A stretch of DNA of 64,000 nucleotides from NCBI GenBank assembly GCA_965204345.1, contig OZ241981.1, positions 576,001-640,000 on the forward strand, in the 5' to 3' direction. The notes below the pieces were generated by a model. That model saw only the letters and a list, made by a program, of their open reading frames with translations. It was not told where the DNA came from and ran no database searches. This DNA comes from Nitrosopumilus sp. Its GTDB lineage: Archaea > Thermoproteota > Nitrososphaeria > Nitrososphaerales > Nitrosopumilaceae. This document shows, piece after piece, positions 37,101 through 49,100 of the stretch (position 1 is the first letter of the stretch; each line of letters starts with the position of its first letter). The position numbers and the translations under genes are program-made.

Positions 37101-40100
37101 TGTTGCCTTTAATGCATCTATGGATACGGTCACGGTTCCGTCTGTAGTGCCGCGGAGAACATCAAAGGTGTAGACACTGCCTGTTCCACCAAGGTTGGAT
37201 GCTACTGGAGTACCGCCGTTGGCAGTGCCAGTTACTGTAATGTCAGTTAGGTCAAAGTCCTCAACATCCTTGTTGAATGTTGCCGTAAATGGTATTGTAG
37301 CAAGGTTGGTGTTATCATCTGCAGTCGTAGCTACAGAGACTGTAAGGGGAACAGTGTCTATTGTGACGGTAACTGAATTAGATCCAGTGTTGAGGTTGCC
37401 TGCAAGGTCTGTTGTTACGTCTGCTGCAATGGATGAAATTACGGTTCCGTCTGTGGTGCCGCGAGCAACATCAAAGGTGTAGATACTTCCTTCACCATTA
37501 AGGTTGGTTACCTCAGGACTTCCGCCATTGGCAGTGCCAGTTACTGTAATGTCACCTAGCTCAAAGTTCTGGACATCCTCATTAAAGGTTGCCGTAAACG
37601 TTACTGGGTCATCGCTGGTGGTAGTACCATCGGCAGGTGTGATGGTTACAGTTGGGACTATTCTGTCTACTGTGAATGTAGTGGCAGTACTTGCTGTGTT
37701 ACCCTCTACTACCGCATTGGCAGGTATGGTTACTGCTAGCTGTCCTTCTGCGGTGATGCCGTGTGTTACTGTAAAGGTATAGTCAGCACCGCTTCCACCA
37801 AATTCAGATATCAGGCTGCCAGGTGTGGCGGGATTTCCGTCAATTGTCACTACAATGTCATCTGCGATAAATCCTGTGACATCACTGCCAAATGTTGCCG
37901 TAAATGGTATGGCCTCAGAGTTGGTAGGATCAGTTACATTAGTACTCAGGGATACGGTTGCAACATCCAGATAGTTTATTGTAAGATCTGCAGTCGTGTG
38001 CCTGTTTCCATCAGAGAAGGTTGCCTGTACTGTACATGTTGATGCACCAGCAAAAGCATTGATAGGCTCAAAGTCAAACTGTCCGTTTGGCAGGATGGCA
38101 GAGGTAAAGTCCGTACAATCACTAGATGTGGGGGCAGAGACTAGTGTCAGTGTCTGGGTATCTGTGTAATAATTGTTAATGTCAAGTGTAACCTTTCGGA
38201 GCTGGCTTGATAAGACATCAACTGTCAGCGGTGTTGTAGTACGTACTGGTGCAGCATCCAGTACGACAGATATGTTTACAGTGTAGGCACCGCCTGTGCT
38301 GGCACCAGTACCATCAGAGATGTCAAAGGAGAGCGTACATGTCTCAGCAGCTGAGGATACAAACCTGAACGTATCAGAGCCAGCTGGTGGCTGCTGCGTC
38401 AGGGTTCCAGTACAGTCATCTGATATATTGGTGTATGAAAGCGTATCATCGTCGGGGTCTGTAAAGTGATCATCTAGAGAGAATGTTGGAGGAGCTAATG
38501 TGGGGTGCTCTAGGGTTATAACGGGTTGTACTGCTGGAACCGGTGGCAAAGAGTTTGGAATAGTAGTGTCTATTGTGACGGTAACTGGGACAGATGCGGT
38601 GTTAGAGTTGTCTGCAAGATCTCTTGCCACATCTCCTGCAATTGATACGGTTACGGTTCCGTCTGTCGAGCCGCGAGCAACATCAAAGGTGTATACACTG
38701 CCGTCTCCAAGAAGGTTGGATGCTACTGGACTGCCGCCGTTGACAGTACCAGTTACTGTAATGTCAGCTAGGACAAAGTTCTCAACATCCTCACTAAAGG
38801 TTGCCGTAAATGTTACGGGGTCATCACCGGTGGTGGTACCATCGACAGGTGTGATGGTTACAGTTGGATCTATTCTGTCCACTGTAAGTGTATGAGTATT
38901 TGCTGTGTTGCCCTCTACTACCGCATCGTCAGGTATGGTTACTGTCAGCTGTCCTTCTGCGGCGATGCCGTGTGTTACTGTAAAGGTATAGTCAGCACCG
39001 CTTCCACTAAAGGCAGTTAACAGGCTATTAGCTGCTGGGGTTCCGTCAATTGCTACAACGATGTCAGATTGTACAAATCCTGTGACATCCTCGTCAAATG
39101 TTGCAGTAAATGAGATGGTCTCAGAGTTGGTAGGATCAGTAGCAGTTGTGTCCAAGGATACTGATGGGACAGTGCTGTCTACGGTGACAGTAACTGGGGC
39201 AGATGCGGTGTTGGAGTTGCCTGCAAGGTCTGTTGCCACATCTGCTGCAATGGATGCAATTACTGTTCCGTCAGAAGATATGCCTGCAACGTTAAAGGTG
39301 TATGTGCGGGCATCAACTGTTGCAAAGCCGGATGCTGTGAGGGTGCCGCCGTTTGCGGTACCAGTTACTGTAATGTCAGTTAGCTCAAAGTTCTCAACAT
39401 CCTCGCTAAATGTTGCCGTAAACGTTACTGGGTTATCGCTGGTGGTGGTGCCATCGACAGGCGTAATGGATACTGATGGTCTTATTCTGTCCACGGTAAG
39501 TGTACGAGTACTTGCCATGTTGCCCTCTGCTACCGCACCGTCAGGTATTGTTACTGTTAGTTCACCTTGTGTGGTGATGCCGTGTGTTACTGTAAAGGTA
39601 TAGTCAGCATCGCTTCCACTAAATCCAGATATCAGGCCAGATGTGTCAGTTCCGTTAATTGCCACGACAATGTCCTCCATGGTGAATTGTGTGACATCCT
39701 CGTCAAATGTTGCAGTAAATTCGATGGCCTCAGAGTTGGTAGGATCAGCAGCAGTTGTGTCCAGGGATACTGATAGGACAGTGGTGTCTATTGTAAATGT
39801 AGCAGTAAATGCCTCGTTGAAGTTGCCTGCAAGATCTCTTATTGTACCTGTATTTATTGACACGGTTACGATTCCGTCTGAGGAACCGCGAGCAACACTA
39901 AAGGTGTAGATACCCTCAGATATGCTAAAGTCGGATGCTACCGGATTGCCGCCGTTGGCAGAGCCTGTTACTGCAATGACATTTGGTATGCTAAAGACAT
40001 TGATCTCCTCGCTGAATGTTAAGGTAAATGGTATCGTGGCAGCAGTAGTGGTGGTGCCATCGGCAGGTACAAGTATTATGACTGGAGATATCCTGTCTAC

Positions 40101-43100
40101 TGTAAGTGCATAAACACTCTCTATGTTGTCCTCGTTGACCACGTTGGTAGGTATGGTTACTGTCAGCTGGCCTTCTGTGATTCCATGTGCGACTGTAAAG
40201 GTGTAGTCAGTACCACCACTGGTTCCCTCAAAGCCAGGTATCAATTCAGACGCAGTTGTGGTGATGGCGACTCCGTCAGCTGCCACAACGATGTCACCTC
40301 GGTCAAATCCGGTTACATCCTCGCTAAAGGTTACCGTAAATGGTATGACAGCAAGATTGGTGATTGGATTGGCAGTAGTACCTATAGATGCAGTCAGGCC
40401 AGGCAGATACTGTACGGTGACAGTAGTCTCAATCTGCCTGTTGCCATCGCTTATGGTAAATTGCACGGTACACTCATCTGTTGTGGAAAACTGATTCGTC
40501 GGGGTAAAGCTAAAGCTGTTTGGGGTAATGTCAGATATGATAGAAGTCGTGCAGTCAGAAGAGCTCTGGGTGTCACCTATAATTGACAAGACCTTGTTGT
40601 CATCATAAAAGTTATTGACGTCAATGTTTACCGTGCGGGATTCGTCTGGCTGTACCTGTATGGTCAGATCACCTAGAACGGGTGCCGGGTCTGCTACCAC
40701 ATTTAGGATTGCAGTGTATGGCCTGTCGGTGGTCGAATCCGTGCCGTCTGAGATGTCAAAGGAGAAAACACATTCTTCTGCTGTGACAGATCTAAAGAGG
40801 AGCATAGAGTCAAGGGACACCACAAAGATTCCCTGACAGGAGGTAATGATTTCTGTAAATGTCACCTCGTCTCCGTCTGGATCCACAAAGTGATCAGAGA
40901 GGAGGATAGGCTGATCCCTTAGTGCCGGATACTCCAGAGTTATGATGGGAGGTACAGCAGGAATCGTAGGCAGCAAGTTGGTGGAGGTACTGTCTATGGT
41001 GACAGTAACATGACGGGGCAATGCCTCGTTGGGGTTGCCAGCAAGGTCTGCTGCCACATCCTCATCTAATGATACGGTTACTGTTCCGTCTGAGGATATG
41101 TCTGCAACATCAAAGGTGTATGTGCTGGCATTAACTGTTGCAAAGTTGGATGCTGTCAGATTGGCGCCGTTTGCTGTGCCTGTTACTGTAATGTCTCCTA
41201 GTTCAAAGTTCTCAACGTCCTCGCTAAATGTTGCAGTAAATGGTATGGTGGCAAGGTTGGTGATGCTACCAGCAGTCGAGCCGACAAAGACTTGTGGGGC
41301 AATGAGGTCTATTGTGATGGTGGTAGGACTGGGGGATGCCGTGTTGCCCCCTTGTACCACACCGGCAGGTATGGATACTGTCAGCTGTCCTTCTGTGGTG
41401 ATGCCGTGTGTGACTGTAAAGTCGTATTGGGTACCACTAGTTTCAGTAAAGGCAGTTATCAGACTACCAGGTGTGGCGGTGTTTCCGTCAACTGTCACGA
41501 CAATGTCGCTTGCGATAAATCCTGTGACGTCACTGCTAAATGTTGCAGTAAATTGTATGGCCTCAGAGTTGGTAGGACCAGATGCAACTGTCCCCAGTGA
41601 TACTGATGGGATAGTAGCGTCTATGGTGACGGTAATTGGTGCAGATGCGGTGTTGAGGTTACCAACAAAGTCTGTTGCCACGCCTTCTCCAATTGATACG
41701 GTTACGGTTCCGTCTGAGGATATGTCTGCAACATCAAAGGTGTATGTGCTGGCATTAACTGTTACAAAATTGGATGCTGTGAGGGCGCCGCCGTTTGCGG
41801 TGCCTGCTACTGTAATGTCATCTAGGACAAAGTTCTCAACATCCTCGGTAAATCTTGCCGTAAATGGTACCGTATCAAGGTTGTTGATCATGTCTGCTGT
41901 TGTAGCTACAGAGACGATTGGGGCAGTGGTGTCTACTGTGACGGTAACTGGTGCAGATGCCGTGTTGAGGTTGCCTGCGGCATCTGTTGCCACATTTTCT
42001 GCAATTGACACGGTTACGGTTCCGTCTGAGGAACCGCGCACTACATCAAAGGTGTATTCAGCACCAGATCCAAGAAGGTTTGATGGTGCTGGTGTGCCGT
42101 CGTTGGCAGTACCCGTTACTGTAATGTCAGATAACACAAAGTCTGCAACTGCCTTGTTGAAGTTTACTGTAAATGGTATTGTAGTAAGATTGGTGTTGTC
42201 GTCTGTTGTTGTAGTTACAGATACTGTTAGGTCAGTGGTGTCTATGGTGACGGTAACTGGTGCAGATGCCGTGTTGAGGTTGCCTGCGGCATCTGTTGCT
42301 ACGTCTGCTGCAATTGATACAGTTACGGTTCCGTCTGAGGTTCCGCGTACTACATCAAAGGTGTATTGAGCACCAGATCCTGCAAGGTTGGATGCTGCTG
42401 GAGTGCCGTCGTTGGCAGTACCTTCTACGGTAATGTCAGATAGCTCAAAGTCTGCAACTGCCTTGTTGAAGTTTACTGTAAATGGTACCGTATCAAGGTT
42501 GGTGTTCTCGCCTGCAGTTGTAGTTACAGATACTGTTAGAGCTTCGGTGTCTATGGTGATGGTAATTGGTGTAGATGCGGTGTTGAGGTTGCCTGCGGCA
42601 TCTGTTGCCACATTTTCTGCAATTGATACGGTTACGGTTCCGTCTGAGGTTCCGCGTATTACATCAAAGGTATATTGGGTACCAGATCCAAGAAGGTTTG
42701 ATGCTGCTGGTGTGCCGTCGTTGGCAGTGCCAGTTACTGTAATGTCAGATAGCTCAAAGTCTGCAACTGCCTTGTTGAAGTTTACTGTAAATGGTATTGT
42801 AGTAAGATTGGTGTTGTCGTCTGCAGTTGTAGCTACAGATACTGTTAGGTCAGTGGTGTCTACTGTGACAGTAACTTGGGTAGATGCGGTGTTGGAGTTC
42901 TCTGCTGAGTCTACTGTTACACCTGCTGCAATTGATGTAATTACCGTTCCGTCAGAAGCTATGTCTGCAACATCAAAGGTGTATGTGCGAGAATCAACTG
43001 TCTGAATGTTGGTTACTGTGAGGATGCCGCCGTTGGCAGTACCTTCTACTGTAATGTCAGTTTCGGTAATTGCTTCAACATCCCTGCTAAAGGTTGCAGT

Positions 43101-46100
43101 AAATGTTATTGTATCAAAATTGGTGTTGGCACCTGCATTTGAACTCAGAGTGACTGTTGGGCGAACGGTGTCTATTGTGACGGTAACTGGTGCAGATGCC
43201 TCGTTGAGGTTGGCTGCAAGGTCTGTTGCCACGCCTGCTGCAATGGATGGAGATACGGTTCCGTCTGATGAGCCTCGAGCAACATTAAAGGTGTATGTGC
43301 GGGCATCAACTGCCACAAAGTCAGTTGCTGTGAGGGTGCCGTTGTTGGCAGTGCCTTCTACTGTAATGTCAGCTAGCACAAAGTTCTGGACATCCTCACT
43401 GAATGTTGCCCTAAACGTTACTGGGTCATCACTGATGACGGTGCCATCGGGAGGTGTAATGGTTACGGTTGGGGTAGTGATGTCTATTGTGACGATAACT
43501 GGTGCAGATGCCGTGTTGAGGTTACCTGCGGCATCTGTTGCCACATTTTCTGCAATTGATACTGTTACGGTTCCGTCTGAGGTTCCGCGTACTACATCAA
43601 AGGTGTATTCGGTACCAGATCCAAGAAGATTTGATGCTGCTGGGGCGCTACCGTTGACAGTACCCGTTACTGTAATGTCAGATAGCTCAAAGTCCTCAAC
43701 TGCCTTGTTGAAGGTTACTGTAAAGGGTACCGTAGCAAAGTTGGTGGTGTCGCCTGCAGTTGTAGCTACAGATACTGTTAGGTCAGTGGTGTCTATGGTG
43801 ACAGCGGCAGAACTTGGGGATGCAAGATTGGAGTTGCCTGCGGCATCTGTTGCCACACCTGCTGCAATTGATACGGTTACGGTGCCGTCTGAGGTTCCGC
43901 GCACTACATCAAAGGTGTATTCAGTACCAGATCCAAGAAGATTTGATGCTGCTGGAGCGCCGTCGTTGGCGGTGCCTTCTACGGTAATGTCAGATAGCAC
44001 AAAGTCCTCAACTGCCTTGTTGAAGGTTACTGTAAAGGGTACCGTAGCAAAGTTGGTGGTGTCGCCTGCAGTTGTAGCTACAGATACTGTTAGGTCAGTG
44101 GTGTCTATGGTGACAGCAGCAGAACTTGGGGATGCAAGATTGGAGTTGCCTGCGGCATCTGTTGCCACACCTGCTGCAATTGATACGGTTACGGTGCCGT
44201 CTGAGGTTCCGCGCACTACATCAAAGGTGTATTCAGTACCAGATCCAAGAAGATTTGATGCTGCTGGAGCGCCGTCGTTGGCGGTGCCTTCTACGGTAAT
44301 GTCAGATAGCACAAAGTCCTCAACTGCCTTGTTGAAGGTTACTGTAAATGGTATTGTATCAAGGTTAGTGTTATCGCCTGCAGTTGTAGCTACAGATACT
44401 GTTAGAGCTTCAGAGTCTACTGTAACGGTAACTTGTGCAGATGCCGTGTTGAGGTTGCCTGCGGCATCTGTTGCCACACCTGCTGCAATTGATACGGTTA
44501 CGGTGCCGTCTGAGGTTCCGCGCACTACATCAAAGGTGTATTCAGTACCAGATCCAAGAAGATTTGATGCTGCTGGAGCGCCGTCGTTGGCGGTGCCTTC
44601 TACGGTAATGTCAGATAGCACAAAGTCCTCAACTGCCTTGTTGAAGGTTACTGTAAATGGTATTGTATCAAGGTTAGTGTTATCGCCTGCAGTTGTAGCT
44701 ACAGATACTGTTAGAGCTTCAGAGTCTACTGTAACGGTAACTTGTGCAGATGCCGTGTTGAGGTTGCCTGCGGCATCTGTTGCCACATTTTCTGCAATTG
44801 ACACGGTTACGGTTCCGTCTGAGGAACCGCGTATTACATCAAAGGTGTATTCGGTACCAGATCCAAGAAGATTTGATGCTGCTGGAGCGCTACCGTTGAC
44901 AGTACCCGTTACTGTAATGTCAGATAGCACAAAGTCCTCAACTGCCTTGTTGAAGGTTACTGTAAAGGGTACCGTAGCAAGGTTAGTGTTGTCGCCTGCA
45001 GTTGTAGCTACAGATACTGTTAGGTCAGTGGTGTCTATGGTGACAGCAGCAGAACTTGGGGATGCAAGATTGGAGTTGCCTGCGGCATCTGTTGCCACAC
45101 CTGCTGCAATTGACACGGTTACGGTTCCGTCTGAGGTCCCGCGTATTACATCAAAGGTGTATTCGGTACCAGATCCTGCAAGGTTTGATGCTGCTGGAGT
45201 GCCGTCGTTGGCAGTGCCTTCTACGGTAATGTCAGATAGCTCAAAGTCCTCAACTGCCTTGTTGAAGGTTACTGTAAATGGTACCGTATCAAGGTTGGTG
45301 TTCTCGCCTGCAGTTGTATCTACAGATACTGTTAGAGCTTCAGAGTCTACTGTAACGGTAACTTGTGCAGATGCCGTGTTGAGGTTGCCTGCGGCATCTG
45401 TTGCCACATTTTCTGCAATTGATACGGTTACGGTTCCGTCTGAGGTCCCGCGCACTACATCAAAGGTATATTGGGTACCAGATCCTGCAAGGTTTGATGC
45501 TGCTGGAGTGCCGTCGTTGGCAGTGCCAGTTACTGTAATGTCAGATAACACAAAGTCTGCAACTGCCTTGTTGAAGTTTACTGTAAATGGTATTGTAGTA
45601 AGATTGGTGTTGTCGTCTGCAGTTGTAGCTACAGATACTGTTAGGTCAGTGGTGTCTACTGTGACAGTAACTTGGGTAGATGCGGTGTTGGAGTTCTCTG
45701 CTGAGTCTACTGTTACACCTGCTGCAATTGATGTAATTATCGTTCCGTCAGAAGCTATGTCTGCAACATCAAAGGTGTATGTGCGAGAATCAACTGTCTG
45801 AATGTTGGTTACTGTGAGGATGCCGCCGTTGGCAGTGCCTGTTACTGTAATGTCACCTTCTGTAATTGGATCAACGTCCCTGCTAAAGGTTGCAGTAAAT
45901 GTTATTGTATCAGAGTTGGTGCTGGCACCTGCATTTGAAGCCAGAGTGACTGTTGGGCGAACGGTGTCTATTGTGACAGTAACTGGAGCAGATGCCGTGT
46001 TGAGATTATCTGCAAGATCTTCTGCGACACCTGCTGCTATGGATGGAATTATGGTTCCATCTGATGAGCCGCGAGATACATCAAAGGTGTATGTGCGGGC

Positions 46101-49100
46101 ATTAACTGTTACAAAGTTGGCTGCTGTCGGATTGGTGCCGTTTGCGGTGCCTGTTACTGTAATGTCAGATAGGATAAAGTTCTGGACATCCTCACTGAAT
46201 GTTGCAGTAAATGTTACGGGGTCATCACTGGTGATGGTGCCATTGACAGGTGTGATGGTTACGGTTGGGACAGCAGTGTCTATTGTGACGGTAACTAAAT
46301 TAGATGCGGTGTTGGGGTTATTTGCAAGGTCTGCTGCCACGTCTGCTGCTATGGATGCAGTTACGGTTCCGTCTGTGGAGCCTCGAGATACATCAAAGGT
46401 GTATGTGCGGGCATTAACTGTTACAAAGTTGGCTGCTGTCGGATTGGTGCCGTTTGCGGTGCCTGTTACTGTAATGTCAGATAGGATAAAGTTCTGGACA
46501 TCCTCACTGAATGTTGCAGTAAACGTTACTGGGTCATCACTGGTGATGGTGCCATTGACAGGTGTGATGGTTACGGTTGGGACAGTGGTGTCTATTGTGA
46601 CGGTAACTAAATTAGATGCGGTGTTGGGGTTATTTGCAAGGTCTGCTGCCACGTCTGCTGCTATGGATGCAGTTACGGTTCCGTCTGTAGAGCCGCGAGC
46701 AACATCAAAGGTGTATGTGCGGGCATTAACTGTTACAAAGTTGGCTGCTGTCGGATTGGTGCCGTTTGCGGTGCCTGTTACTGTAATGTCAGATAGGATA
46801 AAGTTCTGGACATCCTCACTGAATGTTGCAGTAAACGTTACTGGGTCATCACTGGTGATGGTGCCATTGACAGGTGTGATGGTTACGGTTGGGACAGCAG
46901 TGTCTATTGTGACGGTAACTAAATTAGATGCGGTGTTGGGGTTATTTGCAAGGTCTGCTGCCACGTCTGCTGCTATGGATGCAGTTACGGTTCCGTCTGT
47001 GGAGCCTCGAGATACATCAAAGGTGTATGTGCGGGCATTAATGGTTACAAAGTTGGCTGCTGTCGGATTGGTGCCGTTTGCGCTGCCTGTTACTGTAATG
47101 TCAGATAGGATAAAGTTCTGGACATCCTCACTGAATGTTGCAGTAAACGTTACTGGGTCATCACTGGTGATGGTGCCATTGACAGGTTTGATGGTTACGG
47201 TTGGGACAGCAGTGTCTATTGTGACGGTAACTAAATTAGATGCGGTGTTGGGGTTATTTGCAAGATCTGCTGCCACGTCTGCTGCTATGGATGCAGTTAC
47301 GGTTCCGTCTGTAGAGCCTCGAGCAACATCAAAGGTGTATGTGCGGGCATCAATGGTTACAAAGTTGGCTGCTGTCGGATTGGTGCCGTTTGCGGTACCT
47401 GTTACTGTAATGTCAGATAGGATAAAGTTCTGGACATCCTCACTGAATGTTGCAGTAAATGTTACGGGGTCATCACTGGTGATGGTGCCATCGGCAGGTG
47501 TGATGGTTACGGTTGGATCTATTCTGTCCACTGTGAGTGTAGCGGCACTTGCTGTGTTGCCTCCTGCTACCACATCGGCAGGTATGGTTACTGTCAGTTG
47601 GCCTCCTGTGGCGATGCCGTGTGTTACTGTAAAGTCATATTGGGTACCACTAGTTCCAGTAAAGGCAGTTATCAGGCTATTAGATACTTCAGTTCCGTTA
47701 ATTGTCACGACAATATCAGATTGCTCAAATCCTGTGACATCCTCGTCAAAGGTTGCAGTAAAGTCGATGGTCTCAGAGTTAGTAGGATTAGATGCATCTG
47801 TGCTCAGTAATACGAATGGAACAGTAGTGTCTATTGTGACGGTAACTGGAGCAGATGCGGTGTTGGGGTTATTTGCAAGGTCTGCTGCCACGTCTGCTGC
47901 TATGGATGCAGTTACGGTTCCGTCTGTAGAGCCTCGAGCAACATCAAAGGTGTATGTGCGGGCATTAACTGTTACAAAGTTGGCTGCTGCAGGAGCGCCG
48001 CCGTTTGCGGTACCTGTTACTGTAATGTCAGATAGGATAAAGTTCTGGACATCCTCACTGAATGTTGCAGTAAATATTACTGGATCCTCGTCGGTGGTGG
48101 TACCATCGGCAGGTGTGATGGTTACGGTTGGGACAGTGGTGTCTATTGTGACGGTAACTGGAGCAGATGCGGTGTTGGGGTTATTTGCAAGGTCTGTTGC
48201 TACGTCTGCTGCAATGGATGGAATTACGGTTCCGTCTGTGGAGCCTCGAGATACATCAAAGGTGTATGTGCGGGCATCAACTGTTACAAAGTTGGCTGCT
48301 GTCGGATTGGTGCCGTTTGCGGTGCCTGTTACTGTAATGTCAGATAGGATAAAGTTCTGGACATCCTCACTGAATGTTGCAGTAAATGTTACGGGGTCAT
48401 CACTGGTGATGGTGCCATTGACAGGTGTGATGGTTACGGTTGGGACAGTGGTGTCTACGGTGACGGTAACTGGAGCAGATGCGGTGTTGGAGGTGCCTGC
48501 AAGGTTTGTTGCCACATCTGCTGCTATGGATGTAGTTACGGTTCCGTCTGTGGTGCCACGAGCAACATCAAAGGTGTATGTGCGGGCATCAACTGTTACA
48601 AAGTTGGATGCCACGGGACTGCCGCCGTTGGCAGTGCCAGTTACTGTAATGTCAGATAGGATAAAGTTCTGGACATCCTCACTGAATGTTGCAGTAAATG
48701 TTACCGTATCAGAGTTGGTGAAATCAATTGGAGTTGTAGTTACAGAGACTGATGGGACAGCAGTGTCTATTGTGACGGTAACTGGAGCAGATGCGGTGTT
48801 GGGGTTGCCTGCAAGGTCTGTTGCGACATTTGCAGTAATTGATGGAATTACGGTTCCGTCTGTAAAGCCGCGAGCAACATCAAAGGTATATGTGCGGGCA
48901 TCAACTGTTACAAAGTTGGCTGCTGCCGGATTGGTGCCGTTTGCAGTGCCAGTTATCGTAATGTCACCTAGTTCAAAGTTCTGGACATCCTCGCTAAATG
49001 TTGCAGTAAATGTTACTGGGTCATCACTAGTGATGGTGCCATCGGCAGGCGTAATGGATACTGTGGGGTTTGCCCTGTCCACCGTAATACGAGATCCATC

